A stretch of DNA of 64,000 nt. It comes from Podarcis filfolensis (Eukaryota). Shown in pieces: positions 52,191 to 64,000 of this stretch. The notes beneath the pieces were generated by a model, which was not told the DNA's origin, ran no database searches, and was given only the letters and a program-made list of their open reading frames with translations. The stretch lies in the NCBI GenBank assembly GCA_964270895.1, contig OZ185447.1. The stretch is one strand, 5' to 3'. The position numbers and the translations under genes are program-made. How positions within the stretch are numbered: position 1 is the first letter of the stretch; each line of letters begins with the position of its first letter.

Positions 52191-53167
52191 ATGATGATGA
52201 TGTTGTCAGTGGGCCCTGTATTGTCTGCTGTGACTCTCCATGGTCTGAGCCTGAGGGCTTTCACACTCCTGAAATCCTTTTAGATCAGAGGTGAGGAGCC
52301 TATGGCCCGACATCAGATATGGGGCTGGCAGAGGTGTGCTGCTTTCCCTGCTTGGTAAATATACCCCCCACACACACACACCTAGGGCCAAACTTTGATA
52401 AGTAGGTGAGCATAGCCACCTGGCAATCACCTGATGTAATTTTGCATTGCAATGAATTAGTGAGGGCATATTCCTTTGTGGGCAGGCACCCTGGAAGACA
52501 GGGTGGGTAGAAGGGGCTAGGCACCACCCCAACATTGGCCAGAGGGGTGAGTTCCATTGCGGGGAAACTAGTTGTAAGTAAGTAAATAAAGAAAAGGGAG
52601 AGTTGCAGCCCACCTTCTACCACCCAGACTGCCCCTTCTTACTTGTGGGATCATAGTTTTGCTGGGGAAGGAGGAACCACAGAGCAAGAAAAGCGGGCGG
52701 ACAAGCCCAGAAAAGTGAACCTCTAGTTCTACAATTCTCTAATATTAAATGAATCATGTCTTTTCAATACAGTTGGGATGTCTTTTGCAATTTATTTTTA
52801 ATTTAGTGTTGAACTTTCTGTCTGTCACCAGTGTTCCAATATATGGAGTTTGCAAATCTTTTATCTCCCCTTTTCCTGTCCTATCAATATCTCTAGAAAG
52901 CATTACTGCTCCACATAGTTTAATTATTAATGTGTTTAAAGGTCTATCTACACTAGGTGTCCGAGGCAACTAAAAACAACAAAACATAAAATTACAATAT
53001 AATTAAAAATGTACAAAAGATGTACAAGAAAGTGCAGGGGAAATCATTGGCTAAACTACTAAGACCAGAGCTACCAATCCAATAGCAACAAAATAATCGG
53101 GCCAATGGCTTATCTAAGCAAGAAGGGGTGTATTTATTTATTTATTCCATTTCCTCTTACTCACTCT

Positions 53168-53470
53168 TAAGAACATAAGAAGAGTCCTGCTGAATCAGGC
53201 CAATGACCCAGCTAGTCCAGCATCCTGTTCTCACTGCCTGTGGGAAACCAGTGAGTAGGACCCAAGCACAAGAATACACTCCCCTCCAGTGGTTTCCAGC
53301 AACTGCTGTTCAGAGGAGTACTGCCACTGACCTTGGAGGCAGAGCAGAGCCATCATGACTAACAGCTATTTATTGAGAGCCTTTCCCTCCATGAGTTTGT
53401 CTAGCCCTCTTTTAAAGCCATCCAAGTTGGTAGCCATCACTGCCTGCTGTGGGAGCAAGCTGCATCATTT
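53168..53470 (-). mobile_element. CR1 LINE 3' fragment
   Basis: TAAGAACATAAGAAGAG tail repeat and a 3' end shared with the 13666 copy. Confidence 0.6.
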
Positions 53471-53475
53471 AATTG

Positions 53476-53734
53476 CCGTATTTTTTGCTCTATAAGACGC
53501 ACCAGACCACAAGACGCACCTAGTTTTTGGAGGAGGAAAACAAGAAAAAAAATATTTTGAATCTCAGAAGCCAGAACAGCAAGAGGGATTGCTGCGCAGT
53601 GAAAGCAGCAATCCCTCTTGCTGTTCTGGCTTCTGTGATAGCTGTGCAGCCTGCATTCACTCCGTAGGACGCACACACATTTCCCCTTACTTTTTAGGAG
53701 GGAAAAAGTGAGTCTTATAGAGCAAAAAATACAG
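53476..53734. mobile_element. Tc2/pogo-like MITE
   Basis: CCGTATTTTTTGCTCTATAAGAC / GTCTTATAGAGCAAAAAATACAG TIRs. Confidence 0.85.
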
Positions 53735-55155
53735 TATTTGCTGCATGAAGAAGTACTTTTTTTTATCCGTCACGAATCTTCCAACGTTCAGCCTCCTTGG
53801 ATGTCCGTGAGTTCTAGTATTATGAGAGAGGAAGAAAAAGTTTTTTCTCCACCTGCTTTTTCCATGCCGTGCATCAATTAATAAATTTCTATGAACTATA
53901 AAGCCCCAAATGCTGCCAACTTTCCTCATAGGGGATTCTTCACCATAAGGGTTCCAGAGTGGGTTTACAATAATATAATAAAACCATATTAAAATCAGTT
54001 AAAACAGTTCACAGCAGAGAAATAAGAGGAGGGTCCTATCAATATATCTCAGCTGTCAAAGGTCAGAGTTAAGAGGCAGTTCTTTAGCATATGAGGAAAG
54101 CTATTCATAAATGGGCCAGATGTACCTCTGTAGGGAAGGAATTTTACAACTTAGGAACTGAAGCAGAACCATCTTCTGGGTTATCCACCCCACCCCCCAA
54201 AAGTCCTAGGGCAGTGGAACTACCAAGAGGGCCCCATCTGCCAATCTTAGCACTGAAGAGGTTCTTTAGGGAAGCAGTCTTCCAGATATATGTGGTCTAA
54301 GTCATTTAGGGCTGTAAACACTCATGTGAGCAACCGTGAATTGAACTGGCTGTCTTCACCTACTGCAGAAAACAAGACTTCAGTAGAAGGTTGGCTCCAA
54401 AAGAAAAGAAAAAACCACTCTAATTATGGTAAGTAGGGGGCATATTCCAGGAATCTCAGTACATGGAGATTATTAACCTCTTCCCATCTATGCCTCCTCC
54501 CCTGTAAATGACCACATCACACACCCATTATTAGGCTTGAAACAAGCCTTCTATGCTAGGTTTCCTCATTAGGGTCTGAATTTGGGACCCTACAGTAACA
54601 ATTTGTGTTCAGTAAAACTTGCACTTAGAAGCACAGATCTGGAGCCAAGCTATAACTAGGTTGACCCTGAGTTCCAGTTTAGTTTTACTGTGCAAGTGTT
54701 TCCAAATCCACTTCAGTGCCTCTTGACATGAAAGCATAGGCGCCTGGAATCACAAATGGAAAAAGACTGTTAGGAAGATTCTCTAGCCAGTTGGTTGTGT
54801 ACTGGATCCATCTTGGGGTTTTTTGCTTAAAGAAATTAAACCACCCAACAATTTACAATCAATAATACAAAACATATGATGCCATCAGCAAATGTTGGAC
54901 ATTAGCACCCTCTGGTGTTACATCTTGGTAACGTCAAAATAAATATTTGTGGTTGTGAAACATCTTTAGCAACAACATACTGTTTTTACACATAAAAACA
55001 AATAATAGAAGTATTTCCTGGAGAAGGAAGGCATCTGCTATGTCAAATCATTTTGTGCTTCTTCCATCCCCAGTCTCCAAACAGACCTAGGTTTCCCAGT
55101 TGTACAATACAGTCCTGTGTGTGTTATAATATTATTCCTTACATTTACATTTATA

Positions 55156-55385
55156 CAGTGGTACCTTGGGTTACATACGCTTCAGGTTACAGACGCTTCA
55201 GGTTACAGACTCTGCTAACCCATAAATAGTACCTCGGGTTAAGAACTTTGCTTCAGGATGAGAACGAAACTGCACGGCAGCAGCAGGAGGCCCCATTAGC
55301 TAAAGTGGTGCTTCAGGTTAAGAACAGTTTCAGGTTAAGAACGGACCTCCGGAACAAATTAAGTTCTTAACCTGAGGTACCACTG
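55156..55385. mobile_element. Tigger/pogo-like MITE (CAGTGGTACC family)
   Basis: TIRs plus TA TSD. Confidence 0.88.
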
Positions 55386-57200
55386 TATTCCATCCCCTCT
55401 TAAGGAGTTCAAGGCAATACACATGGTTATTCCCACCATATACTCACAAAACAAACCTATGGTGTAGGTTACGCCAAGATACAGTGCATGGCCCAGGATC
55501 ACCCAGTGAGCTTCATTGCTAAACAGGGATTTGTACCTGGGCCTTCCCAGTTCTAGTCTCACATGCTATCTACTGCACTAGAGTCAGTGGCTTTAATGTT
55601 GTTTACTCTCAAATAAGTGTGCATGATATCACTGTAGCCTTAAGGTGTGTTTCTGGGTTTTTAATAGCTGTACGGCAGGAAGGGATTTGGCTAGTGTGGT
55701 TTTACCTGCCACTAAAAGTAATATGCTCAGATCCCTACATGTGTTCCCCATCGTAATGGCTATTCACTCAGCACTGTGTTTAGTCTTTGCACCTTCAACA
55801 GGTATCAGAAAACAAAGAATGTAACTTTTCATTTAAGGCAAAGTTTCTAGACCTCATGACAGTAGAGAAAAGCTTGGAAATGCGTAGGTTGTATCTGCTG
55901 CTGAAATTTCAAGGGTGGGTGTTTGGGGACGTCTTCTCCTATGGCTATTACTTCCTCTCCTTTATGTGTTTTACAGAAGCAGTTCCCTCTGTTCTCAGTT
56001 CCAATTTTGAACTGTTTTCAAGACATGCACGCACGCACGCACACACACACACAGCGTGTGTAATGTGGGCGTACCCACAATCTTTCGGCTCTAGTGGGAT
56101 AAAAATATATTTCCTCTGAAACACATCTCCATAAAATGCTTATCTGCTATCCAGCCAAAAACTTATTTATTAGTAGGATGGGTATTTTGCTTCTGTTCAT
56201 ACAAGCTTAGTGTTCTTTGTAATTTAATTTATTTATTCTCTTACATTTATATACCAACTTTCCTCTAAGGAGCTCAAAGTAGCACACATGTTTTCTCCCT
56301 TTCTCAATCTAATCCTCACAAAAACCCTGCAAAGTTGGTTATGCTGAGTTCTGTGATTGGCCCAAGGTCATGGCTGAACAGGGATTTGAACCCCAGTCTC
56401 TCAAACCCTAGCCTAGATTGACACTTTACACCACACTGGCTCTGTTTGTTTTTGTTTGTTTTTTAGGCAAAAGGTGGGTAAGGGTAAAGGATTCTGCTTC
56501 CCATAAGAGATTCCTGCCCTCTTAGAATCAAGGGCTGCTCAGCCCACCTACCCCTGACAACAGGACAAAAACAACAACAGGGTTTTCTGCTCTGAAAACA
56601 AATACCATAATACTAGCTACTGTGCTGTTGACAGCAGCCTGCTTCTCTGGGTCATTGCTTGTGCCCTGGGAGTGCCCAGGGCAACAGCTCCATCAAGAAA
56701 GAAGCTGAACTACTACTCTGTCAAGAGTGGGACAGTGCAACTGTGTTATTCTCCCAACCCAGAGGTCACTGGATCAAAACTGCTTCTGGTTTCTGGTGCC
56801 AGCTTTCTGCTTCACTGTGAAATCTCACAAAGCAAATTGTGGCCCTTCTTCTGGCTATTCAAACTGTCCCCTCCCACCACCGTCCATTTTAAAAGAACAA
56901 ATTTTTGCCTTTCTCTGAAAACAAGGCACAGAGTGGAGCAAGGGCAAACAGCTTCCTGCTCTGTCAGCACAATGACCCAGCCGGGCACTTTCGTGTATTG
57001 TCAGCAGACTTGAAGGAGGAAATTCTAATTTCATTAGAATGACAGGGCATGCCAAAACAACAGCGAAGAAGAATCCATAGAATTAAAGAGATCTCATGGA
57101 AGTTAAGGTTCCCAGAACAGAGCTTATTGCAGTTCTTGCTCTTACTGCTTTGTGCAGAGAGCAAATGTTTCTACATACCCTCCAACATTTAAAAGTTTGA

Positions 57201-57382
57201 GGAGAGCTGTGGCTCAGTGGTAGAGCAGCTGCTTGATATACATACAGAAGGTCCCTGTGAGGTTGGGAGAGAGCCCTGTCTTAAATCCTGGACAAGCTAC
57301 TCCCTGTCAGTATCAACCATACTAAGCTAGATGGACTGATGATCTGACTTAGGTACAAGGCAGCTTCCCATGTTCTTTCCTA
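57201..57382 (+). mobile_element. tRNA-derived SINE (Squam3-like), internally deleted
   Basis: A-box-like TGGCTCAGTGG head and a ...AGGCAGCTTCC.ATGTTC tail; family name from memory. Confidence 0.55.
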
Positions 57383-59339
57383 AGAGTCTGAAGCCTTTCC
57401 CCCTTAGTGTCTTCCGCACAATCACATTGAGGGAGAGATTTGGGGTGCATCCCTGCCCCTGACCCCTGCTGTTGCATCTCCCACTGCCCTGTGGGTGGGG
57501 GCGAGGAATGTCTGTAAAGGGGAACCTCGCTGAACATAGCAGACTCGACCTATGATGTGCACAATCAGTTTTCCCAAAGGGTCAGCCAAAATCTACCCTC
57601 CTGTAATTTAAGCCCATTACAGTAAGTGCTCCCAACTCTGGGTCGGCAGAGTACAGGTTTGACTTATTCTATGTGACAGCCATTCTCTGCTCCAGACCAA
57701 ATGTACCCTGTTTTTATTCACCCTTTCCTAACTGTGTGTTGTGTGCTTCCGACCACATTCTCTTAAGTTGTCTACAACCTTAAAGTGTTGCACTCAGAAT
57801 TGAAGGCAGTATCCCAGATGAGATCACTTCAATAATCTGTCCTCTGTTGATTTAATAAACCTCGGCGTTTGCTCTTTAGGTTAAATATATTATTGCAAAA
57901 ATCAACCCAAGTCTTGCAGATCCTTAAAGCCTCAACAAAACTCTTATGTCATAAACTACTTTACAAATGTCAATAAAGAGTATTGCCATTGACAATTCAG
58001 AGCTTAAATGTATGCAAAACGAACACAACATTTCAAAACAGGAATTGGTGTTAAAACAATCAGCGCTGCTGAGTAAATTCAGTGGAACAAGAAACCGTTG
58101 TCTGTATTCAGATCTAAATTATTCAACTTATTGAGAAGCTGGAGTTGTAATTTTGCAGTTTCATCCTGGAATTTCCATGTGAAGTTCCTCCAGAAATGTA
58201 TTTCAGCAGCTGCAGGATGGAATATGACAAGCTATGTACTACGTGGCAAGGTATTGTCCATGTATAGTAATTTAGCCATGTGTCAACTAGAGATATGGTG
58301 GATTTGTTCTGTGAGATATGATTGTTCCCCTGTGCGGCTGTCCTCCTACTCAGAGACTAAATAGTTAGAGACCAGAAGAATAAAAACTCTAGTAATTCAC
58401 ACAAATTGTAGTAAAGCAAGCACCTAATGCAAAATACATAGACACATATGTACACACATACAAACCAGAAGGTGGTAATTAAAACCACTTGTAACAGAAA
58501 GAACATGAACCCGAGTTTGCTTATTTCCTCCTCTCTCCCAATCCATTTTCCTTTTGTGTCAAGACTTTTAAAAATTATAAGCTCAAGGACAGGGGCTGTC
58601 CTTTTTTTAGTGGTTAGTCACTGGGAGCCTTTTCTGGCTGAAAGGTGAAATAAAAATAATTTAAATAAATAAAATAAGTTGCCTTCTGGTTTGAAGGAAG
58701 TCTTGTAAGTATCATCTGTCTCACACCTTTCCTTTTAGATGAAGGTGGTTGGACACCTGTATATACAGATGTTCTCTAACCAGTGATACTCTTACACCAG
58801 GAATATTCTCATACGTTGAGAGAGGTAAATCACAGATATTTGCAAGCTGCTCTGGAAGCTCTATTTCTGATAAATAATGCCCCCCCCCCCACACACAATG
58901 CAGCAGAGGAACGCATCCATAGTTTTGGAATTGTCAGCATGTACAAAAAAAGGGGGGAGAACATACTGACAACCAAAGCCATCTCAATTCCTGAAGCAGG
59001 ATGGGTTTTAATGGGTTGGAGGGATATATTGCAATTAATATATCCTCTCCTGCCCATTAAAACCCATCCCACAAAGGTTATGGGCTCAGTACTGTGCAGG
59101 AATACAGATTTTGTGTTTTGTAGAGATTTTTTGAAGTTGTTGCCTGAGTCTTTCTGAAGTGGGGTGAGGAGGAGGAGGAAGCCAGATTACTTCTGGACTT
59201 GATCAAATACCTAATTCCTGTGTTTTTAATTTTGCTGCCATGGGTGGGCCTTTGGAACTTTGCACAACTTGTCACACACGTGTGAGCCTGGAGGGATAGA
59301 CTGCAATTAATACATCATCTATTAAAACCTATCCTGCAC

Positions 59340-59900
59340 CTTAGGCGTTTTCTCTCTTTTAAAACGAACGAATCGAAAACGCAGGAACCCCACAAGAAAA
59401 TCCCCTCTTTTCTGCGCGCCGCCGAGGGAGGAGGGGAATCAGGCGAAAATGGCTGTCGGGACTGAAAACCGAAAGCTACTTTCGCAATCACGTGGCGCCG
59501 CGGAGAAGGGCGAAGAGGCTCCGTTTTGCGGCTCGCCGGAGAGGAAGAAGTAGTCTGGACGGGGGTCTCGGAACAAAAGCGATCCTGACAGGTGGGTGCT
59601 TGGTTGCGGGGGGGCAACGAAGGGCTCCCTCCCCCGCACTCCGAAAGGAGATCCTTCCTGGACTTCCGCATTCCAGATCCCAAGCGGGAGACTTTTCAAG
59701 CTGGCCAAGCCGCAAACCCCGTTTCGCAGGGATCCCGAAACGGCAGCTCAAGCCTCGTTGAGGCGCATTTACTTGGAAGTAAATGCAGCACTGCACGGAA
59801 TTCAGCAACGCCGGTTTCGGTGGGACCGGCCTCTAGTTGCTATATGATTGGGTTACAGCCAAACCATGCAAACAGGCCCGTTGCGCGGGGCTTTTGCGGT
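59340..59900 (+). promoter_or_regulatory. IRF3: CpG-island promoter of IRF3 with IRF-E/ISRE and E-box
   Basis: CpG-dense island about 1.1 kb upstream of the first coding exon; GAAAACCGAAAGC at 59464-59476; CACGTG at 59489-59494. Confidence 0.7.
59500..59591 (+). other. IRF3: Putative non-coding exon 1 of IRF3 (TSS approximate)
   Basis: CAG|GTGGGT donor at 59592 within the CpG island. The ATG exon starts with an acceptor at 60935, which requires an upstream exon. Confidence 0.4.
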
Positions 59901-59918
59901 CTTCCTTTCTTATTGCTT

Positions 59919-60060
59919 ATAGAATCATAGAATTTGTAGACTTGGGACCACGAGGGTCATCTAGTTCAACCCCCTGCAATGAAGGGATCTTTGAGCTTAA
60001 TCCAGCCCCGGACTCCTGGGAGGAGGCGTTGCTGGGTTTGTTTCTGGCCTGATCCAGCAA
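59919..60060 (-). mobile_element. CR1 LINE 3' tail fragment
   Basis: ATAGAATCATAGAAT (reverse complement of the ATTCTATG tail repeat) followed by CR1-type 3' UTR. Confidence 0.6.
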
Positions 60061-60218
60061 GGGGCTCTTTGTGTTCCTGAAGATCGGAAGCAGTTTGAAA
60101 AGGCTTCTAAAAAGATCAAGGATCAAAGTAACGCGCTGTCTTTCTCCGTCTCTCTCAAACACACACACAATCGCTGTCAGCCATACATAACGCTCTCCAT
60201 CAAGGACAAGCTCTAAGA

Positions 60219-60560
60219 TAAAGGTAAAGGGACCCCTGACTGTTAGGTCCAGTCGCGGGCGACTCTGGGGTTGTGGCGCTCATCTCGCTTTATTGGCCGA
60301 GGGAGCCGGCGTACAGCTTCTGGGTCACGTGGCCAGCATGACTAAGCCGCTTCTGGCGAACCAGAGCAGCGCCGTTTACCTTCCCGCCGGAGCGGTACCT
60401 ATTTATCTACTTGCACTTTGACGTGCTTCCGAAATGCTAGGTTGGCAGGAGCAGGGACCGAGCAACGGGAGCTCACCCCGTGGCGGGGATTCGAACCGCC
60501 GACCTTCTGATAGGCAAGTCCTAGGCTCTGTGGTTTAAGTCACAGCACCACCCATGTCCC
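60219..60560 (+). mobile_element. Sauria SINE
   Basis: AAAGGTAAAGGGACCCCTG head and GGATTCGAACCGCCGACC tail region; a sister copy lies at 63188. Confidence 0.85.
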
Positions 60561-60755
60561 CAAACTCCCCACCTGACTGCTTGAACATGGCTGAGGGACT
60601 TGGCGGACCACTTAATGATTTTTCTGCCTGTTGTAGCCAGTTGTATGCAGTGCTAGGGCCTGTATGGTTTTTAATTGTGTTTTTGCAGGCACCACCACCT
60701 GAATGAAGCTCATGGAGGTCTGCAAACTAGAGTTTGGGGTCCCATGCTAAAGCAC

Positions 60756-60760
<5 letters not shown>

Positions 60761-60815
<55 letters not shown>
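60761..60815. repeat. (CT)n(CA)n compound microsatellite
   Basis: Directly visible. Confidence 0.95.
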
Positions 60816-60816
<1 letters not shown>

Positions 60817-60942
60817 GCTTTTCTCTCCCTACAGCCTTGCAGCTGTGTTGCAGTGACTCATTATCCTACCACTCCCTTCTCTCTCCCCGTCACGTTTCAT
60901 TGTGACATCTCCCCTTTACTCTCCTGCTCCCACAGTTCCCCC

Positions 60943-61107
60943 ATGGGTACTCAAAGACCTCTCATCGTGCCCTGGCTAATTGAACAGTTGGACGCCCGGC
61001 GGTACCCGGGGCTGTCATGGCTGAACCCAGAACGGACCCTGTTCCGAGTGCCGTGGAAACACGGCTCACGGCAGAATATTTGCGACGAGGATTTCCAGCT
61101 CTTTGAG
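60943..61107 (+). CDS. IRF3: IRF3 first coding exon (MGTQRPLIVPWLIEQLD...PWKHGSRQNICDEDFQLFE)
   Basis: 165 nt/55 codons; W11, W26 and W38 of the IRF tryptophan pentad; CACAG acceptor at 60935; GAG|GTAAT donor; N-terminus resembles mammalian IRF3 (MGTPKPRILPWL). Confidence 0.9.
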
Positions 61108-61371
61108 GTAATCTTGTCGTGTTTCCTTTGGTGTGTGTCCCACATCGCATCCCATCTTCCTCAACCTGGTGCCCTTCAGCTGTTTTGAACTACAACTCCC
61201 ATCGTCCCATGCTGGTTGGGCTGCTGGGAGTTGTAGTTCAAAATGTCTTCAGGGCGTCAGCTTGGGGAAAGCTGGGGAAGAGGTTTCTTTCGTGTTTTAA
61301 CTGTAACGTTCTGGAATAGCTGTGGGAGGTGGGCGGGATGAATGGGGTTCAAGGGAGACCAAAACAAATTA

Positions 61372-61593
61372 CAGTGGTACCTCGGGTTACAGGCGCTTCA
61401 GGTTACAGACTACTCTAACCCAGAAATAGTACCTCAGGTTAAGAACTTTGCTTCAGGATGAGAACAGAAATCGTGCTCTGGCGGCACAGCGGCAGCGGGA
61501 GGCCCCGTTAGCTAAAGTGGTACCTCAGGTTAAGAACAGTTTCAGGTTAAGAACGGACCTCCAGAACGAAGTTCTTAACCCGAGGTACCACTG
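61372..61593. mobile_element. Tigger/pogo-like MITE (CAGTGGTACCTC family)
   Basis: TIRs plus TA TSD. Confidence 0.88.
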
Positions 61594-61689
61594 TATTATT
61601 ATTTACTGAACAAAGCAGCAGAACAAAGGTCTCTGCCCTTCCTTCCCCAATGATCTTGCGTTGGCTTCCCCTCTGCCTTGCACCATCCA

Positions 61690-61885
61690 CAAACAGAGAT
61701 AGGATACTGGATCCCACGGGGCATTCGCATCCCTCCGAAGATTCACTTTCAAAATATTTAGTGATTGGGTCATGCTTATGCTTTCCAGACACTATCACAT
61801 TGGTCACCCTCCTCTGCACACATTCCAGCTTATTAATATCCTTCTTAAATTGCGGCACTCAGAACTGAACACAGCACTGGGGCAT
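61690..61885 (-). mobile_element. CR1 ORF2 C-terminal fragment
   Basis: Minus-strand translation PQFKKDINKLECVQRRVT is a typical CR1 motif. Confidence 0.7.
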
Positions 61886-61907
61886 TTGATGGGGTTACAT
61901 TTCCTCT

Positions 61908-62872
61908 GAAGGAGCAGGTTCATAGCTTGGGGGTACTCCTGGATCCTTTGCTGTCACTTGAGTCTCAGGTGGCCTCAGTGGCCCGGAGTGCCTTCCGTCA
62001 GCTTCGGCTGGTGGCCCAGCTACGCCCCTATCTGGACAGGGATAGCCTAACTACTGTTGTCTATGCTCTGGTAACCTCAGGGTTAGATTACTGCAATGCG
62101 TTATACGTAGGGCTGCCTCTGAAGACGGTTTGGAAACTTCAGCTGGTGCAGAATTCAGGTTGCTCACTGGAGCAAGACGGTTTGAGCATATTACACTGAT
62201 CCTGGTCCGACTGCACTGGCTATAAATCACCGTATTTTTCGCTCTATAGGACGCACTGGACCACAAGACGCACCTAGTTTTTAGAGGGGGAAATCAATAA
62301 AAAAAATATTATTTCCCCCCCCCCCCCGGCCCCAAAGAGCAGCAGACAGGCTTAGTTTTTAAGAGGGAAAAAGTGCATCCTATGGAGTGAAAAATACGGT
62401 AGTTTCTGGGCCCAATTCAAAGTGCTGCTTTTAACCTATAAAGCCTTAAATGGCTCAGGACTGCAACGCCTCAAGGACCACCTCTTTCCATATGAACCTA
62501 CCCAGACCCTGAGATCATCTTCTGTGGCCCTCCTTCGTGTGCCCCCTCCCTGAGAGGTCTGGAGGGTGGCAACACGAGAACGGGGCCTTCTCTGCAGTGG
62601 CTCTCCCTCTGTGGAATGCTCTCCCCAGGGAAGTTCGCCTGGTGCCTTCATTATATACTTTTAGGCATCAAGCACAAACATTTAATTTTAACCAGACCTT
62701 TGGTTGATCTGATTTAAAAAGCAAAACAAAACTGGGGGGGGGCGCTATTGTTTTGATTTTTATTAGGTATTTCGTGGTTTTATATCTTGATTTTATTCTG
62801 TGAAGCGCCTTGATACCCCCGGGTAAAGGGCGGTATATAAATTCAATAAATAATAATAATAATAATTTGTGG
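61908..62872 (+). mobile_element. L2-like LINE 3' fragment with nested MITE and (AAT)n tail
   Basis: LDYCNALYVGLPLK...LQLVQN RT C-terminal motif; ends in TAA repeats. Confidence 0.8.
62230..62399. mobile_element. Tc2/pogo-like MITE nested in L2 fragment
   Basis: CCGTATTTTTC / GAAAAATACGG TIRs. Confidence 0.85.
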
Positions 62873-63187
62873 TGTAAAAGGTTACGGGATTTCAGCAGGA
62901 AATTACGGGATAACCACTGATTGGAAACGAAGCAGTGTGTGACTTCCCTGGGCCACATCCTGAGCACAAATCACTCAGAATGTGCAGTAAAATCTGGAGG
63001 GACCTCCAGTTTTGTGGCAGGTCGGAGAGTCCTGGGGGCAGCTGACCTAAATCCATCTGTCAAGATGATACAAGGGTTGAAGGAGGGAAAGAGTTGACCG
63101 TGAGCCTTTCAGATAGACTGTCTTTATGGGTGAGCAGGGTGCTATAGCTGGGCTTAGAAGTCTGCTGTGTGGGGGTATGAAATCTCC

Positions 63188-63535
63188 GTAAAGGTAAAGG
63201 GACCCCTGACCATTAGGTCCAGTCGTGACCGACTGGGGTTGCGGCGCTCATTTTGCTTTGTTGGCAGAGGGAGCCGGCGTACAACTTCCGGGTCATGTGG
63301 CCAGCATGACTAAGCCACTTCTGGCGAACCACAGCAGCCCACGGAAACACCATTTACCTTCCCGCCAGAGCAGTACCTATTTATCTACTTGCACTGGCAT
63401 GCTTTCGAACTGCTAGGTTGGCAGGAGCAGGGACCGAGCAATGGGAGCTCACCCATTGCGGGGATTCGAACCGCCGACCTTCTGATCGGCAGGTCCTAGG
63501 CTCTGTGGTTTAACCCACAGCGCCACCCGCATCCC
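63188..63535 (+). mobile_element. Sauria SINE, full length, ending just upstream of an IRF3 acceptor
   Basis: 12-bp TSD TATGAAATCTCC at 63176-63187 and 63536-63547. Confidence 0.92.
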
Positions 63536-63570
63536 TATGAAATCTCCCTACCTAACTGCTTTCTTTCCAG

Positions 63571-63745
63571 GACTGGGCCATTGCCAGAGGCCGCCATCGC
63601 CCAGGCTTTGACCAGCGGACACCCTCTGAGTGGAAAAGGAACTTCCGCTCAGCCCTGAACCGGAAGGAGGGGATCCGCATGTTTCAGGATAACAGCACAG
63701 ACTCCGAAGACCCCCACAAGGTGTTTGAAATCCTGCATGCCCCAA
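63571..63745 (+). CDS. IRF3: IRF3 second coding exon (DWAIARG...SEWKRNFRSALNRKEGIRMFQDNSTDSEDPHKVFEILHAP)
   Basis: 175 nt; TTTCCAG acceptor, GTAGGT donor; W57 and W76; WKRNFRSALNRKEG with K77/R78 and R86/K87 at the same numbering as human IRF3 (IRF7 has WKTNFRCAL). Confidence 0.92.
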
Positions 63746-63854
63746 GTAGGTAGATCGGACAGAGCAGAGGGCTTCCGATGGGGATTGCTAGGCAAAAGAT
63801 GCGAGGAGGAGCCAAGGATCAGACCGAGAATCTCCTCTGTTTGTAATCTTGTAG

Positions 63855-63952
63855 ATCTGAATGACTCTGCCCAGGGGGCAGCAGTTGGTGATGTTTCGCC
63901 TACCCTGTCTGGGAGCACGGGACTGTGCGGAGACAGTTCTTCCTCTTCTCAG
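63855..63952 (+). CDS. IRF3: Probable IRF3 third coding exon (Ser/Gly-rich linker)
   Basis: 98 nt, TTGTAG acceptor, CAG|GTCAGT donor; open in the phase-1 frame (NLNDSAQGAAVGDVSPTLSGSTGLCGDSSSSSQ); no homology recognised by eye. Confidence 0.6.
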
Positions 63953-64000
63953 GTCAGTGCTTCTACTTTCCTCCCTGTCCCAGTCCCTGCAGCCATGGGA

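Noticed and set aside
57201-57260. tRNA gene
   Set aside because: Only an A-box-like head; the B-box/T-arm is deleted and a SINE body follows.
60688-60935. Strong-looking alternative acceptor (TTTTTGCAG|G) upstream of the IRF3 ATG exon, with a short uORF
   Set aside because: No matching donor found and no transcript evidence; such motifs are common in T-rich introns.
60943-63745. Assignment as IRF7 (as for the avian IRF3/7 gene)
   Set aside because: WKRNFRSALNRKEG, the MGT N-terminus and the residue numbering fit IRF3; IRF7 has WKTNFRCAL and a longer N-terminus.

Overview
Vertebrate genomic DNA from a squamate reptile, probably a lacertid lizard (inferred from the Sauria SINEs and the MITE families). 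It holds two divergently transcribed genes. (1) The complete LASP1 coding region on the minus strand: 7 exons, all GT-AG and in phase, 801 nt, 266 aa (LIM domain, two nebulin repeats, linker, SH3). (2) The 5' part of an IRF3 orthologue on the plus strand: a five-Trp DNA-binding domain across two coding exons plus a probable linker exon, about 9 kb from the LASP1 promoter. The introns are full of transposons: Tc1/mariner and hAT MITEs, L2/CR1 fragments, SINEs and a solo LTR. The most notable item is a set of Penelope-like elements (PLE) with minimal type I hammerhead ribozymes. It comprises a young 2.28-kb insertion (open RT + GIY-YIG frame, about 625-bp inverted arms, 13-bp TSD), a 133-bp hammerhead-only retro-insertion, and a fold-back hammerhead palindrome later split by a solo LTR. 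Also notable are the LASP1-IRF3 adjacency (different from human), a consensus IRF-E/ISRE in the IRF3 promoter, and a 341-bp A-J-A-J-A tandem array seeded in a palindromic MITE. All coordinates were read by eye and no database searches were run.
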